From the NCBI GenBank assembly GCA_964016885.1, contig OZ024743.1, positions 285,820,001 through 285,884,000 of the forward strand: a stretch of 64,000 bases of DNA. Direction: 5' to 3'. This document shows positions 12,829 through 24,622 of this stretch, in pieces. How positions within the stretch are numbered: the stretch's first letter is position 1; each line of letters begins with the position of its first letter. Origin of the DNA: Eledone cirrhosa. Lineage: Eukaryota. The position numbers were made by a program, and so were the translations under genes. The notes under the pieces were generated by a model. It saw only the letters and a list, made by a program, of their open reading frames with translations. It did not search any database and was not told the DNA's origin.

Positions 12829-12865
<37 letters not shown>

Positions 12866-12974
12866 CTTCTTTTCTATGTCCCATATCACGCTGTCAGGTC
12901 TGATGTGTTTGCATTTTATTGGGGTTTCATTGGAACATTCCACTAGTAAATTTTCATATTATGTATGTGTATGT

Positions 12975-13340
12975 CTTCCACATTGCTGTATCTTTTTAGA
13001 TGATTATTGGCTGGCTATCCTTTCTACGGGTGGCCTTGTATAGTGTTTTGACCGCTACATCATGTCTCATAGGTAGATTGTACCATGATGACATCTTTTG
13101 ACAGTTGCATATAACATCTTCGATGTTAATTCTGCAGAGTCTGCATTTGTTATCACATCTAGGCCTTATGCCTGCATCCCTATCTCTTTTGTGAATCAGG
13201 TATTTTGTAGCTATTTCCTGTTCTTGGATTGCAAAAGCATATTCTTCAAAGTGGGCGCCAATATAGCGGTTGTTGGTCCAAGATAGACTACTTTGCTTGT
13301 CTATATTACTCTGTCTTTGGAGCTTCTTGGCAACATAGCT
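12975..13340 (-). mobile_element. R4/Dong-like (RLE) retrotransposon internal fragment
   Basis: FAIQEQEIATK...CRLC...MRHD motifs; flanked by (ATGT)-like repeats. Confidence 0.7.
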
Positions 13341-13354
13341 ATGTATGTATGTAT

Positions 13355-13809
<455 letters not shown>

Positions 13810-13835
13810 GTATGTATGTATGTATGTATGTATGT

Positions 13836-15090
13836 TATCTCTTTCTCTTAATTTCGAGTATATTTTTTTTTGACCGGCCACCTTCCTGGTGGCAAGGTTG
13901 TAAAAGAAAAGAAATTGTCATCCCTTGAATCGCAAGAATGTTTTGCAAATTTTGAAGGTGCCAGCTATCGCAGCCATTTGTAGACTATGAATTAGGGAGC
14001 TGCGCTTTTTGTCCGCAAATCCAAGTTCGGTCATACTTTGGTCCAAGCGGGTTGGTATATAACCCGTAGCACCAATAATGATGGGTATGAAGCTAAAGGT
14101 GTATCTTGGATACTGGATTTGTAAACTCCTCATCAATGGTCCGTAGATGTCCTCGTTCTCCTGTATTTTTCTGACAACATTTACATCAAGTGGGCAGCTG
14201 ATCTCCACAACAGAACACGTTTTCAATGTGTGGTCCCAAACAACAATATCAGGCCGGCTGTGCTTTAATTTGGTGGCAGTTTTTATTTTCAGGTTCCACC
14301 AGTATTCCTTAGTGCCATCTGTCTCAATATATTCTTCCTCGTTTGTTGTTAATTTTGTTTTCCGAAGTGCGTTCCAGATGGTTCTAGCTATCCCATCGTG
14401 TCTCATGGGGAAGTAGTAGCGAGATGACATTCTTTCTCAGCTGACAACAATGTGGCTTACATCCTCGATCTTTGTTTTACATAGCCTACATTTATTGTCA
14501 GCTGCTGGCCCTCCCCTTTTGTGCAGCAGATGTTTGGTAGGGAGTTCTTGTTCCTGTATTGCATAGAGATATCCCTCAAGGTGTGATGTCATAAACTTGT
14601 CGGAACTCCATGCCAGGCTTTTTGAGTGGTTTATCCCCTCTATGGTCTGTGTTTTACGTCTCAAGTATCCATGCACAACTTTTTCTGTAAATTGGTCAAT
14701 TTTTTCATCTTGTTTGAACATTGAATAGGATCTTCCGATTTCTCTGGGTGAGAGATTTATATCAGGCTTTATTCCATATCTCTCCTCCAGATCAGTCGCT
14801 ATTCTAATGATATTTTTTTGTTTTCATGCTCATAAACCTGGGCAAGATGGTTGCCAACCTTTTTCCTCTGTTGAAGGTGTTGCTTCAGTGTTACTATCCA
14901 CGTCTCATATGTTGTTAATATGGATTTTAGACCCCGGCCACCTTCCTTGCGTGAGAAGTATAGCCTATCCACATCACCATTGATGTTAAAGTTCCCAGTA
15001 ACACTGAGAAGTTTGCGAGTTCTAACATCCATCTCACTTAGTTCTTGCAATGACCAGTTCAGCAGGCCAAATGTTGGCGTTAGAATTGCG
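13836..15090 (-). mobile_element. 5'-truncated R4/Dong-like non-LTR retrotransposon, frameshifted
   Basis: RT thumb (RLYFSRKEGGRGL), CRLC..H zinc knuckle, RHD, PDIVVWD..VVEISCP restriction-like endonuclease; (TATG)n at both ends. Confidence 0.85.
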
Positions 15091-15173
15091 TATGTATGTA
15101 TGTATGTATGTATGTATGTATGTATGTATGTATGTATGTATGTATGTATGTATGTATGTATGTATGTATGTAT

Positions 15174-15781
15174 GTCAGGTCACCAGTTGGTGCTACTGGT
15201 AACATGTATCCCAGTACAACCTGTCTCATGGTCGGGTCGTTGGCGACTAAACTGGCAACCCCACCAAGGTTTCTTGGTGAGGAGGGTGACTTTGGACATC
15301 CTGCAGGACTAAAAACAAAACCTGTCAAAGGGCAAAGGAGCTCTTAAGAGTCAATGGCCATCCAAAATCACCGGGAGAGATGACCCCTTAGCCTTTGTCA
15401 AGGCAGAATTCTAGGAGAAGGAAAACTCTGATATAACACCTGCAACCCTGATGGTATCCAATGATGTTGACTTGTTCTTCTTTTTGGTAAATATCATCTT
15501 GGTTAAGAGAGTGGGACTGGCTTTGTGCAGTGCCTTTGCTCACTATAAAAGCTTCACGGCACAGGCATTGCTTTATATCTGGAGATCTCTCTGCACTTGT
15601 CGTCACATGGTACCATGGGCCCAGCACTATGTGTCAATAATTGTCACAAGTGTAGTGTTTGTACCAGAGTTTTCAAGTCGCTGGCTAGACTAAAAAGTCA
15701 CACTCGTTCAGCGCTTCGGTAGGGGTTCTCCTACATGGATATAAAGTAGTGGCCGTACTCGAAAACGAGTTGGCAGCCACC
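15174..15781 (+). mobile_element. ~0.6 kb non-autonomous RTE-derived retroposon, copy 1
   Basis: Near-identical to 16101-16708; 3' hairpin GTGGC..CTCGAAAACGAG..GCCAC then (ATGT)n tail; C2H2-type coding remnant. Confidence 0.7.
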
Positions 15782-16100
15782 ATGTATGTATGTATGTTCT
15801 TCTGGTTTTATAATTTCACAAAGTTTTACCAACAGAGAGAGAGTCGGTTTCTAACATAGACACAAGACTCTTTCATTGGAATTTACACAACATCAACTAG
15901 GTAGATATGTATGTATGTCTGCATGCATGCATGTGTAGATATGGATGTTATTGTATGTGTGGATGTGTGTTATTGTATGTGTGGATGTGTTGTTATTGTA
16001 TGTGTGGATGTGTTGTTATTGTATGTGTGGATGTATGTATGTATGTATTGTATGTGTGGATGTATGTATGTGTGTATGTATGTATGTATTATGTATGCAT

Positions 16101-16708
16101 GTCAGGTCACCAGTTGGTGCTACTGGTAACATGTATCCCAGTACAACCTGTCTCATGGTCGGGTCGTTGGCGACTAAACTGGCAACCCCACCAAGGTTTC
16201 TTGGTGAGGAGGGTGACTTTGGACATCCTGCAGGACTAAAAACAAAACCTGTCAAAGGGCAAAGGAGCTCTTAAGAGTCAATGGCCATCCAAAATCACCG
16301 GGAGAGATGACCCCTTAGCCTTTGTCAAGGCAGAATTCTAGGAGAAGGAAAACTCTGATATAACACCTGCAACTCTGATGGTATCCAATGATGTTGACAT
16401 GTTCTTCTTTTTGGTAAATATCATCTTGGTTAAGAGAGTGGGACTGGCTTTGTGCAGTGCCTTTGCTCACTATAAAAGCTTCACGGCACAGGCATTGTTT
16501 TATATCTGGAGATCTCTCTGCACTTGTCGTCACATGGTACCATGGGCCCAGCACTATGTGTCAATAATTGTCACAAGTGTAGTGTTTGTACCAGAGTTTT
16601 CAAGTCGCTGGCTGGACTAAAAAGTCACACTCGTTCAGCGCATCGGTAGGAGTTCTTCTACATGGATATAAAGTAGTGGCCGTACTCGAAAACAAGTTGG
16701 CAGCCACC
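16101..16708 (+). mobile_element. ~0.6 kb non-autonomous RTE-derived retroposon, copy 2
   Basis: Fewer than 10 differences from copy 1 by eye; flanked by (ATGT)-type repeats. Confidence 0.7.
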
Positions 16709-16723
16709 ATGTATGCATGTATG

Positions 16724-17320
16724 ACAGATGGTCGTCGACTAAACCAGCAACCCCACGAAGTTTACTTGGTGAGGGGGGTGGTTCTGGACACCCTGCAGGA
16801 CAAAAAACAAAACTTGACAAAGGGCGGAAGAACTCATAAGTCAACGGTCATCCAAAAATGTGTAAATATGTATTTACATATGTATATACATGTGTATATA
16901 CATATACACATATATACATATACATACACATATATACATATACATATATACACATGTATACATATGTATATATATACGCGGGGACATAGAATTAATCGAG
17001 CTGGATACCCGATGGCGCGGTTAAACCACTGGGAGTGAAGGTCCCCTAGCCTTTGTCAGGGCATTCTTCTAGTAGAAAGCAACGCGGGAAACTGGGATAA
17101 TTCCGACATAAAACCTGCAGCTCAGTAGTTACTGATGATGTTGATCTTTTCTTCTTTTCGGGTTATAGCTACTGTCGCTCAGAGAGTGGGATTGGCTCAG
17201 TGCACTTTAAAAAAAAAAAATCGTCACGCACAGGCATTGTAAGATAGCATTAATTGATAATTATTAATAATGTTATATCGTGCAATGGCCGTACTTGATA
17301 ACGAGGGGGCAGCAATCATC
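16724..17320 (+). mobile_element. Diverged relative of the 0.6 kb retroposon with internal (AT/AC) microsatellite
   Basis: Shares CGACTAAAC..GCAACCCCAC, TAGCCTTTGTCA, GGCCGTACT..ACGAG blocks; followed by (ATGT)n to ~17406. Confidence 0.65.
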
Positions 17321-17875
17321 ATGATGTATGTATGTATGTATGTATGTATGTATGTATGTATGTATGTATGTATGTATGTATGTATGTATGTATGTATGTA
17401 TGTATGTCCAATAAGAAGAACTGGTCTGCATCATTGGATACAAACGAAGTCGCAGGTTTTATATCAGAGTGACCTCCTTCTCCTAGAAAGATGTCTAAAT
17501 GAAGACTAGGAGTCTCTTGGACACTCCGAGGGTTGAAAAAGAAAAGAATGTCAAAGGGCGGAAGAACTCAGCGGTCGTCCAACAGTTCTTGGATTTAATT
17601 AAGCTTCCTGCCCTCCATCACACATGATCACAGCCCCGTATACTTGAACTTCACCTGTTTCAGTCTACCTCCACTCATATGTGGAGTGCACTACTCAGGA
17701 TTCCGTGGGAGGACTTTGCAGTAAACTTAAATTACAAATACTAAGGCATTTGTTTAGAGATTGCAAAACAACAAGAAGCTGTCCAACCTTCCTATACACA
17801 CACATATTCCCTAAATGTTCGTTATGTCTATTTACAAAAAATAAAAAATATATGTATATATGAAAATAACAACAC

Positions 17876-17957
17876 AGAAAGCGAGGGAATTCGAACCCTC
17901 GCTTCCGGAGAGACTGGTGCCTAAAACCAGCGCCTTAGACCGCTCGGTTACGCTACC
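17876..17957 (-). pseudogene. tRNA-Leu(TAG) pseudogene
   Basis: Anticodon arm CTGGT-TTTAGGC-ACCAG intact; 3' acceptor strand degraded. Confidence 0.75.
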
Positions 17958-18356
17958 ACTTGATAAAGCCGATAGCCAGATATAGCATTGTGAGCACAAA
18001 AAGTGTAGATGGTGTAGGACAGAACATAAGAGAGATACAAAATAACAACAAAGCTCGTCACTGAGGAGGTCACACAATGTTTGACGAAAGAGCTTTGAGA
18101 GTCAGCAACTAAACAACCATCCGGTTATTAAACTAACTGACAGGGAGTTTATAATAAATTGAAGTGAAAACTAACCAGTGCGTGTATTTTCATCGGCAAC
18201 ATGACCCTCCCAAAGTATAACAATAAATATATATATTCATATTACAGAATTTTGAAATATTCACTAGGAACTGTGCAACTCACTACATATGAATACACGT
18301 AGTAAACAGTTTCCCTAAAAGACTGTTACGTTTATTTACAATATATATATATATAT

Positions 18357-18430
18357 TGTGTGATTCGAACCAACGCCGCCGAAGAGACTGGTGCAAAAAT
18401 CAGCGTCTTAGACCACTTAGCTTCGTTATC
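18357..18430 (-). pseudogene. Highly degraded tRNA-Leu pseudogene
   Basis: GTTCGAATC and CACCAGTCTCTTCGG recognisable; anticodon loop and 3' end lost. Confidence 0.7.
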
Positions 18431-19070
18431 AGCTGATAACTCGCATATTCAATTGTGGTATTTGTCATATAGGGTATTACTTTATCTTACAGCAATTAAA
18501 ATAAATCTTTTTTGATTGGGTTTTGACACTAATATCAGTTCAGTGATTCTTTCCTGAGACATTCTAACCAAATACCCATAATATCGGAGCTGTGATCTAT
18601 TAATTCAGAGAAGTAGCAGCTTTACCTGGACTATACACTCTATCGAATAACATTACTCCAAAGACTTTTTGGAGGAACCCAATTTATGACAGTAAGCAAC
18701 AGTTGAGACTTTGGCCTTTACACCTGCCTCTTTCTTCTTGTGATCGAATGCTGAAGCTGGTGTATTACTGCACCAGCTCCAACAATTCTTGGATTTAATT
18801 AAGCTTCCTGTCCTCCATCACTCATGATCACGGCTCCGAGATACTTGAACTTCACCTGTTTCAGTCTACCTCCACTCAAATGCGGAGTGCAATACACAGT
18901 ATTCATCGTGAGGACTTGGCATCAAAAATAACAAATCATAAATACTAAGGAATTTGTTTAGGGACTGCAATGCAAAAAAAGGTGTCCATCCTTCCTATAC
19001 ACACAAATTCCCTAAAAGTTTGGTATGTCTATTTACAAATATATATATATATATATATATATAACAACAT

Positions 19071-19152
19071 TTGCAGTGGTGTGATTCGAACAGACTCCTC
19101 CGGAGAGACTGGTGCTTAAAACCAGCACCTTAGACCACTCGGTCACACTACC
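19071..19152 (-). pseudogene. tRNA-Leu pseudogene, anticodon TAA (paralog of 6746-6827)
   Basis: Loop TTTAAGC; T-stem damage similar to 6746 copy; homologous flanks. Confidence 0.8.
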
Positions 19153-19369
19153 ATATTGCAACACACACAACCAGATATTGTATTTTACTTTTAATAATGT
19201 TTCTAGTTTGAAAATAATTCAGTTATGACAATTAAATTTAATGGCAATGAAAAATGTTGAAAAACTCATTTAAATTATTTAATCAATTGATTAAAAGTTG
19301 TCTCCCTTATGTACCTTGAAAAAATTATAAAAATGCTATAAAAATGCTATAAAAATGCCATTATAAAAA

Positions 19370-19675
19370 TGTTATGTCCTTATGGATAAACGAATACACT
19401 GCAATAGTGTAATAACAATATAATCGAAACAAATGGCAATTACCACACGTAACGGAATATTTTAAGAACCAACAATCCAACACGCTAACTTAAACTGCGA
19501 ACTTGAACTTCAACTTTGACTATCAACACAAGAACTGTGGAACTAGTACCAACTTCGACTATCAATACACGAACTGTGAAACTAGTACCAATTTTCCAAT
19601 TTACTCAGGCCGCTACTATTTATATGTAGTGGTCCAACCCATTCTCGCCAGGGGGCGTCGTACTCTCGCACAACA
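19370..19675 (-). mobile_element. Probable solo LTR, 306 bp
   Basis: Insertion relative to paralog at ~7020; ends TGTTATG...CACAACA; imperfect TSD AAAAA/CAAAA; minus-strand TATAAATA. Confidence 0.5.
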
Positions 19676-19977
19676 CAAAACTTTTAACACTAATAATTTC
19701 TTATAATGTATTAAATTTCAGTTAGAACTTTTGTTTCCCTCACTGCACCATATTTGGGCATGTATCTTAGTGTGTGTGTGTGAGTTTGTTTTCTTTTCGG
19801 GCTGTAAGAAAATCCTGTAGTCAATGACAACAGGTATATTTTTAAAATGTTCTTTATATTTTACAAAACTAAATAATATCCTCTGAATATTTGGTAGGAA
19901 CGATACAGTGTAGGTGTATAGACAACATACGGAGACCTTAAATGTCAGCTTCATCTTATATAAAAAAAAATAATAAT

Positions 19978-20059
19978 CGGCAGCGGTGGGATTCGAACCC
20001 ACGCTTCCGAAGAGACTGGTGCCTTAAACTAGCGTCTTAGACTGCTCGGCCACGCTACC
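19978..20059 (-). pseudogene. tRNA-Leu(AAG), diverged
   Basis: 82 nt; anticodon stem mismatch (CTAGT/ACCAG), D-loop GG lost, discriminator G. Confidence 0.7.
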
Positions 20060-20269
20060 ATTGCATTCAATTATAATATTTGACATGCCAGGAATTACTT
20101 TATCTTTTAACAATGTTTTTTTGTGTGAAATTAATTCACTTTAGACAATTAAAATTAATGACATAGGGAAATGTTGACACAGTGATTTATCATTTAATTT
20201 TTTGATGAATTGATTAAAACTTGTCTCCCTTATGGTCCTTGAAATATTGTCATTATGACTTCTCATTAA

Positions 20270-20580
20270 TTCAAACCCCGAGGTTAGCTTTGCCTTTCAT
20301 CCTTACTTGGCTGATGATAAAATAATGTACCAGTAATGCACTTTCCCCTCCCCTCAAATTGTTGGTCATGTGCCCAAATCGAAACCATTATTTGGTGGAT
20401 TGGCAGTATCGGTAGAGGGTTGGACGCCATGCTTTGACGCATAGAGTTACGGCCCTTGCCATTCAGAGTTCAAATCCCGCCGAGGTTAACTTTGCCTTTC
20501 ATCCTTATGGGGTCGATAAAATAAAGTACCAGTAATACACTGGGTAATTGCTGGCTTTGTGCCAAAAGTAGAAACAATTA
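20270..20580 (+). mobile_element. Two adjacent SINE copies
   Basis: Two TTCAAA..CCGAGGTTA.CTTTGCCTTTCATCCTTA cores; second closely matches the array SINE. Confidence 0.75.
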
Positions 20581-20639
20581 TTTGTTGAATTTCAATTAAT
20601 TAAAACTGTTTAGCTAACAGCACCATACATACATACATG

Positions 20640-20812
20640 CAGAACTTTTATTTGTGGACAAAGAGCGCAGCTACCTAATTCAGAGACTACAGCGATAGCT
20701 GAGACCTAAATTTGCAAAACATTCTTGCGATTCAAGGGATGACAATTTCTTTTCTTTTACAACCTTGCCACCAGGAAGGTGGCCAGTCAAAAATGTACTC
20801 GAAAAGATACAA
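20640..20812 (+). mobile_element. Short 3' fragment of the R4/Dong-like element in (CATA)n
   Basis: Homologous to 13850-14020 (..TFLRFKG* plus 3' UTR); (CATA)n on both sides. Confidence 0.8.
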
Positions 20813-20836
20813 ATACATACATACATACATACATAC

Positions 20837-20895
<59 letters not shown>
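20813..20895. repeat. (CATA)n(GATA)n compound microsatellite
   Basis: Direct reading. Confidence 0.95.
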
Positions 20896-20896
<1 letters not shown>

Positions 20897-21159
20897 GTTT
20901 CTTTTATTTGCCACTAGGGCATCAAAAGTGGGACAAGTACAAAGGGGGGAGTTTACACAAAAAGGCGTCCTCAATAAGGAGGAGGCAATAACAAAATATA
21001 AAAATAAAATAAGATATAACAAAAAATAAAATTTTTAACAAAATCCTCAATAGAGAGGAGGCGCCTTGGGGGGTCGCACACACCCCCGAAAAAAGTGTGC
21101 AACCCTTTTCCTCAGGAGCACAGAGAGGGGGTGCTCCCTCGTTCCTTCCTCTTTCCCAC

Positions 21160-24100
21160 CTACAGGCTTATGTAAAGAGAAGGCCCATTCACACGGGCCA
21201 TTCTCGCCACTTTCACCCACCTTTCATAAAAACGACTGGGGTGCAGCACCTCTCTCTCCATCCTGATCCTTCTTCCGAAATGATATCGGAAGAAACGGAC
21301 CAGTTGTTGGCCAGAGAGAAAGGCGCCCGACCTCAGTCCTTTCAGACGCGTCCACCATACAACCTCTTTCGCCATGGCTATTACGCACAGAAACACCGCC
21401 TCTGCTTCATCTTTGAAGGGGGGAGGCGGCTTGATCATTACAATAGACTCGGTGGTCAACCGGATCGGTCCCACCCTTGACAGCAGTTGTTCGACATAGC
21501 CCCACAGATCGGCTACGCCCGAGCAGTGTACCAATGCGTGTGCAACGGTTTCCTCGTCGCACACGCATCTGGGACAGATCTTTTTGGCGGGGTCCCTACC
21601 CGGGCGCCCGTGTCTGTAGAGCCTTTCTCGAACGGGTAAAGCCCCTCGGTAGCACTGCCAGGCCAGGGACTTCTGGAAGTTGTCCATAGGTCCCGGGCTG
21701 AATGTCCTACCGAACAGGCTGGCCAGTTCGTCCTCCTCCATGTCTAGGGCTTCTCCGAGGGCGTCGTCGCACCTGCTGCGTACCAGCCCTCTATAGAATG
21801 TTGCGGTGGAGTCTCCACTGATAACCGGATCCGCCTGCCAGAGGGCGGTGAGCGCCTGGGCACACTCAGTGTGCCAGGCGCCCAGTTTTCTCGGTCTTTG
21901 CTTGACCCAGGATTGCAGTTCGGTGAGTGAGACGAGTCTGGGAAAGGTTCGTCTCACAAACGAGGCCCACACCGGTTGTCCGGTGAGGAATACGTAGAGG
22001 TGCCGTAGCCTTAATGCGTGTTTACGCATCATTAGCCACGGCATCCCCAGCCCTCCTTTCGAAGGGTGTTGACAGCAGATGGATCTCCTCACCATAGGAG
22101 CCCGTCCCTTCCAAAGGAATTGGAAGAGCGCGCGCTCCATCTTGGTGAGGGTTTCCCTTGGGCAGGGCACTACGGTCAGGCGGTAGTAGATGACGGACGC
22201 TATATAAGTGTTCGCCACCTCCGCCCGACCTTTCAGGGATAGTTTGCAACTGGCCCACTTCTGGGTCAGTGCAAACACCCTGTTCGTAACCTCCGCCCAG
22301 TTTTTCTCCACCTGGAGGTCCGGTCCGAACCAGACCCCGAGCAACTTCACCGGGCCCTTCGTCCAGCGTCCGACGACGCCATCGGAGGGCATCGGTCTGC
22401 CCCTCCACGTGCCGAGTTGCAAACCGATCGACTTGTCCCGGTTCAGCTTAGCCCCTGTGAACTTTTCGTACTCCTCCAGTAAGGTGCCGACCGCCTCGAT
22501 TTCGGAGGCCGTCGACACCATTACTGTCACATCATCGGCGTAGGCTGACACCGCTTTCCGCAATCCCGGTTCCAAAGGGATGCCCTGCAACAACTCCAAC
22601 TTCCGCAGTAGTGGCTCGAGAGTCAACACATACAGAAGGGAGGAGAGAGGGCACCCTTGTCGGATGGACCGCGCGATTTTGAACGGCTCCGAGAGGTAGC
22701 CGTTCACCTTGACCCTAGAGCAGATGCGGCTGCTGTGCATAGCAGTGATCCAGCCCCTGAAAACGGGTCCGAAGCCTGCCGCCGCTAGCACCGCATCCAG
22801 GTAACCATGGTCGACCCTATCGAACGCCTTAGATTGATCCAAGTTGATCAGAGCCCCACCAAAGCCGGGTTCGTTCCCAACCCTCTCTATGATGTATCGC
22901 ATGAGGTGGAGGTTGTCATGGATGGACCTGGACGGGATAGCGCATGTCTGCGCATCTCCCACCAGGTTGCCCACGACAAGCGCCAACCTCTTTGCTAGCA
23001 CCTTGGCCAAAATCTGTAACTCTGTATTTAGCAGAGTTATGGGCCTGAAGTTACTTATTTCGTCCCCCTTGTTCTCGTCCTTCCTCACTAGCGTGACTAC
23101 GCCCTTGGTCACAGTACAGGGAATTCTCCCGTTCTGTTGCCAGTTGCAGTAGACCGCCTCGAGGAGATCGGGGAACAAGTCCGGCATAGCTAGATATAAT
23201 TCGTAAGGAAGACCATCGAGACCCGGGGATTTGCGTTTGCCGCATTGGCCCAGCACGTCCTCTATCTCAGCGGCCGAAATCGGCTCCTCGCAAGACTTCG
23301 CCTCCCTGTCCGAGAGGCGCGGCAGGCCGTCGAGGTATGGACCGAAGTCCACGTTTCCAACCGGCTCCCCGCCCCTCCCGAATAGTCGGGCAAAGTGCCT
23401 TTGAAAGGCCTCACACATCTGCTTAGGCTCAAGAATCGCCCGTCCATCCAGGTCTCGCAAAGACCGGATGGTGGATTTAGTTCCACTGTTGGCCTCTGTC
23501 ACGCGGGCCCAGCTAACAGCTTTGGCCCCCTCGTTCCCTAGAGCACGTATTTTACTTCGGACAACGCAGCCTTCGTGCTTCGCGTCGAAAAACTGGCTCA
23601 AAGCCGTTCTCGACGCTAGCACTCTGGCCACGTCGCCGCTTCTAATTGCCTCTTCTACTCTATCTATTAGCTCCCTTTCCTTCCTATTCCTATCCGCAGC
23701 TAGAACCTTACTAAATTCAATCGAGACTACTCTAATCTCTCTCTTTAGAGATACCCACCACCTGCTGTTGACGATCGCTCCAGTCAACCGTTCCTTAACT
23801 AACGTACTAATCCGATTCCTGTAGGCTCTACTTGCCGGCAAGGACAAGTTGAGCTTCCAGTAACCGGGGCCCTGTCTATGAGTTCTGTCAAGGTTGACCA
23901 TGCAGGTCACCAACTTGTGGTCTGAATAGCCAACCATGAGCATTTCTGGACAACTTAAAAAGTCCCTGTCCTTATTTCTAACTAAAAATCTATCTAGGTA
24001 TGATCTAGATGATCCGCTGCGATTTGACCAAGACCAGGTTGGCACCGTCGGAAAATCTAGTCGAAATCTATCGGCCAGGTCAAATCGGCCGAGTAACCCC

Positions 24101-24598
24101 TTGAGGCTGTTGCACCCCTCTCTATCGGGACATGCCCCTGCATAGTCCCAACGTGCATCCAGGATACCATTCCAATCCCCCACTAAAAGCAGGGAACGGG
24201 ACGTCCCTAGAAAAGACTCCAGACGCTGGAAAAAGTCGGGCCGCTCTGTCCCAAAAGGGGCATATGCGGCTATCAGCCTAAGGGCTCTACCTTCACCACT
24301 GCCAAGGTCCAGCACCACCAGTCGACCCCCTGGGTCCAAGTGAACTATCTGTGTTGCAAGGCCCATATGTTTTTGCAGAAAGAACGACAACCCCACCCCC
24401 ACCTCCGGGCTGACAGAGAGATGCGTGCATCTCAAAGTCGTCAAAGGTGGGGGCTAGCTGTCGCATGCTGCTGATCCGGGCCTCGCAGATAACCATCACA
24501 TTTATAGATTGTGACCTGAGGTCATTTAGAAGCATTGCTTGCTTCCAAGACGAGCCCAGGCCACGCGCATTTAGACACCCTACTCTTAGCACAGCCAT
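21160..24598 (-). CDS. Element 1 ORF2: APE endonuclease + reverse transcriptase + zf-RVT; one frameshift near 24380
   Basis: MAVLRVGCLNARGL start, GDWN, YLDRF, SDH, GYWKLN, SPGLDG, FRPITLLN, QGCPLS, YADD, CPRC..ETVAHALVHC. Confidence 0.9.
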
Positions 24599-24622
24599 GT
24601 TGGTGGTAAAGAGAAAAGGCAC

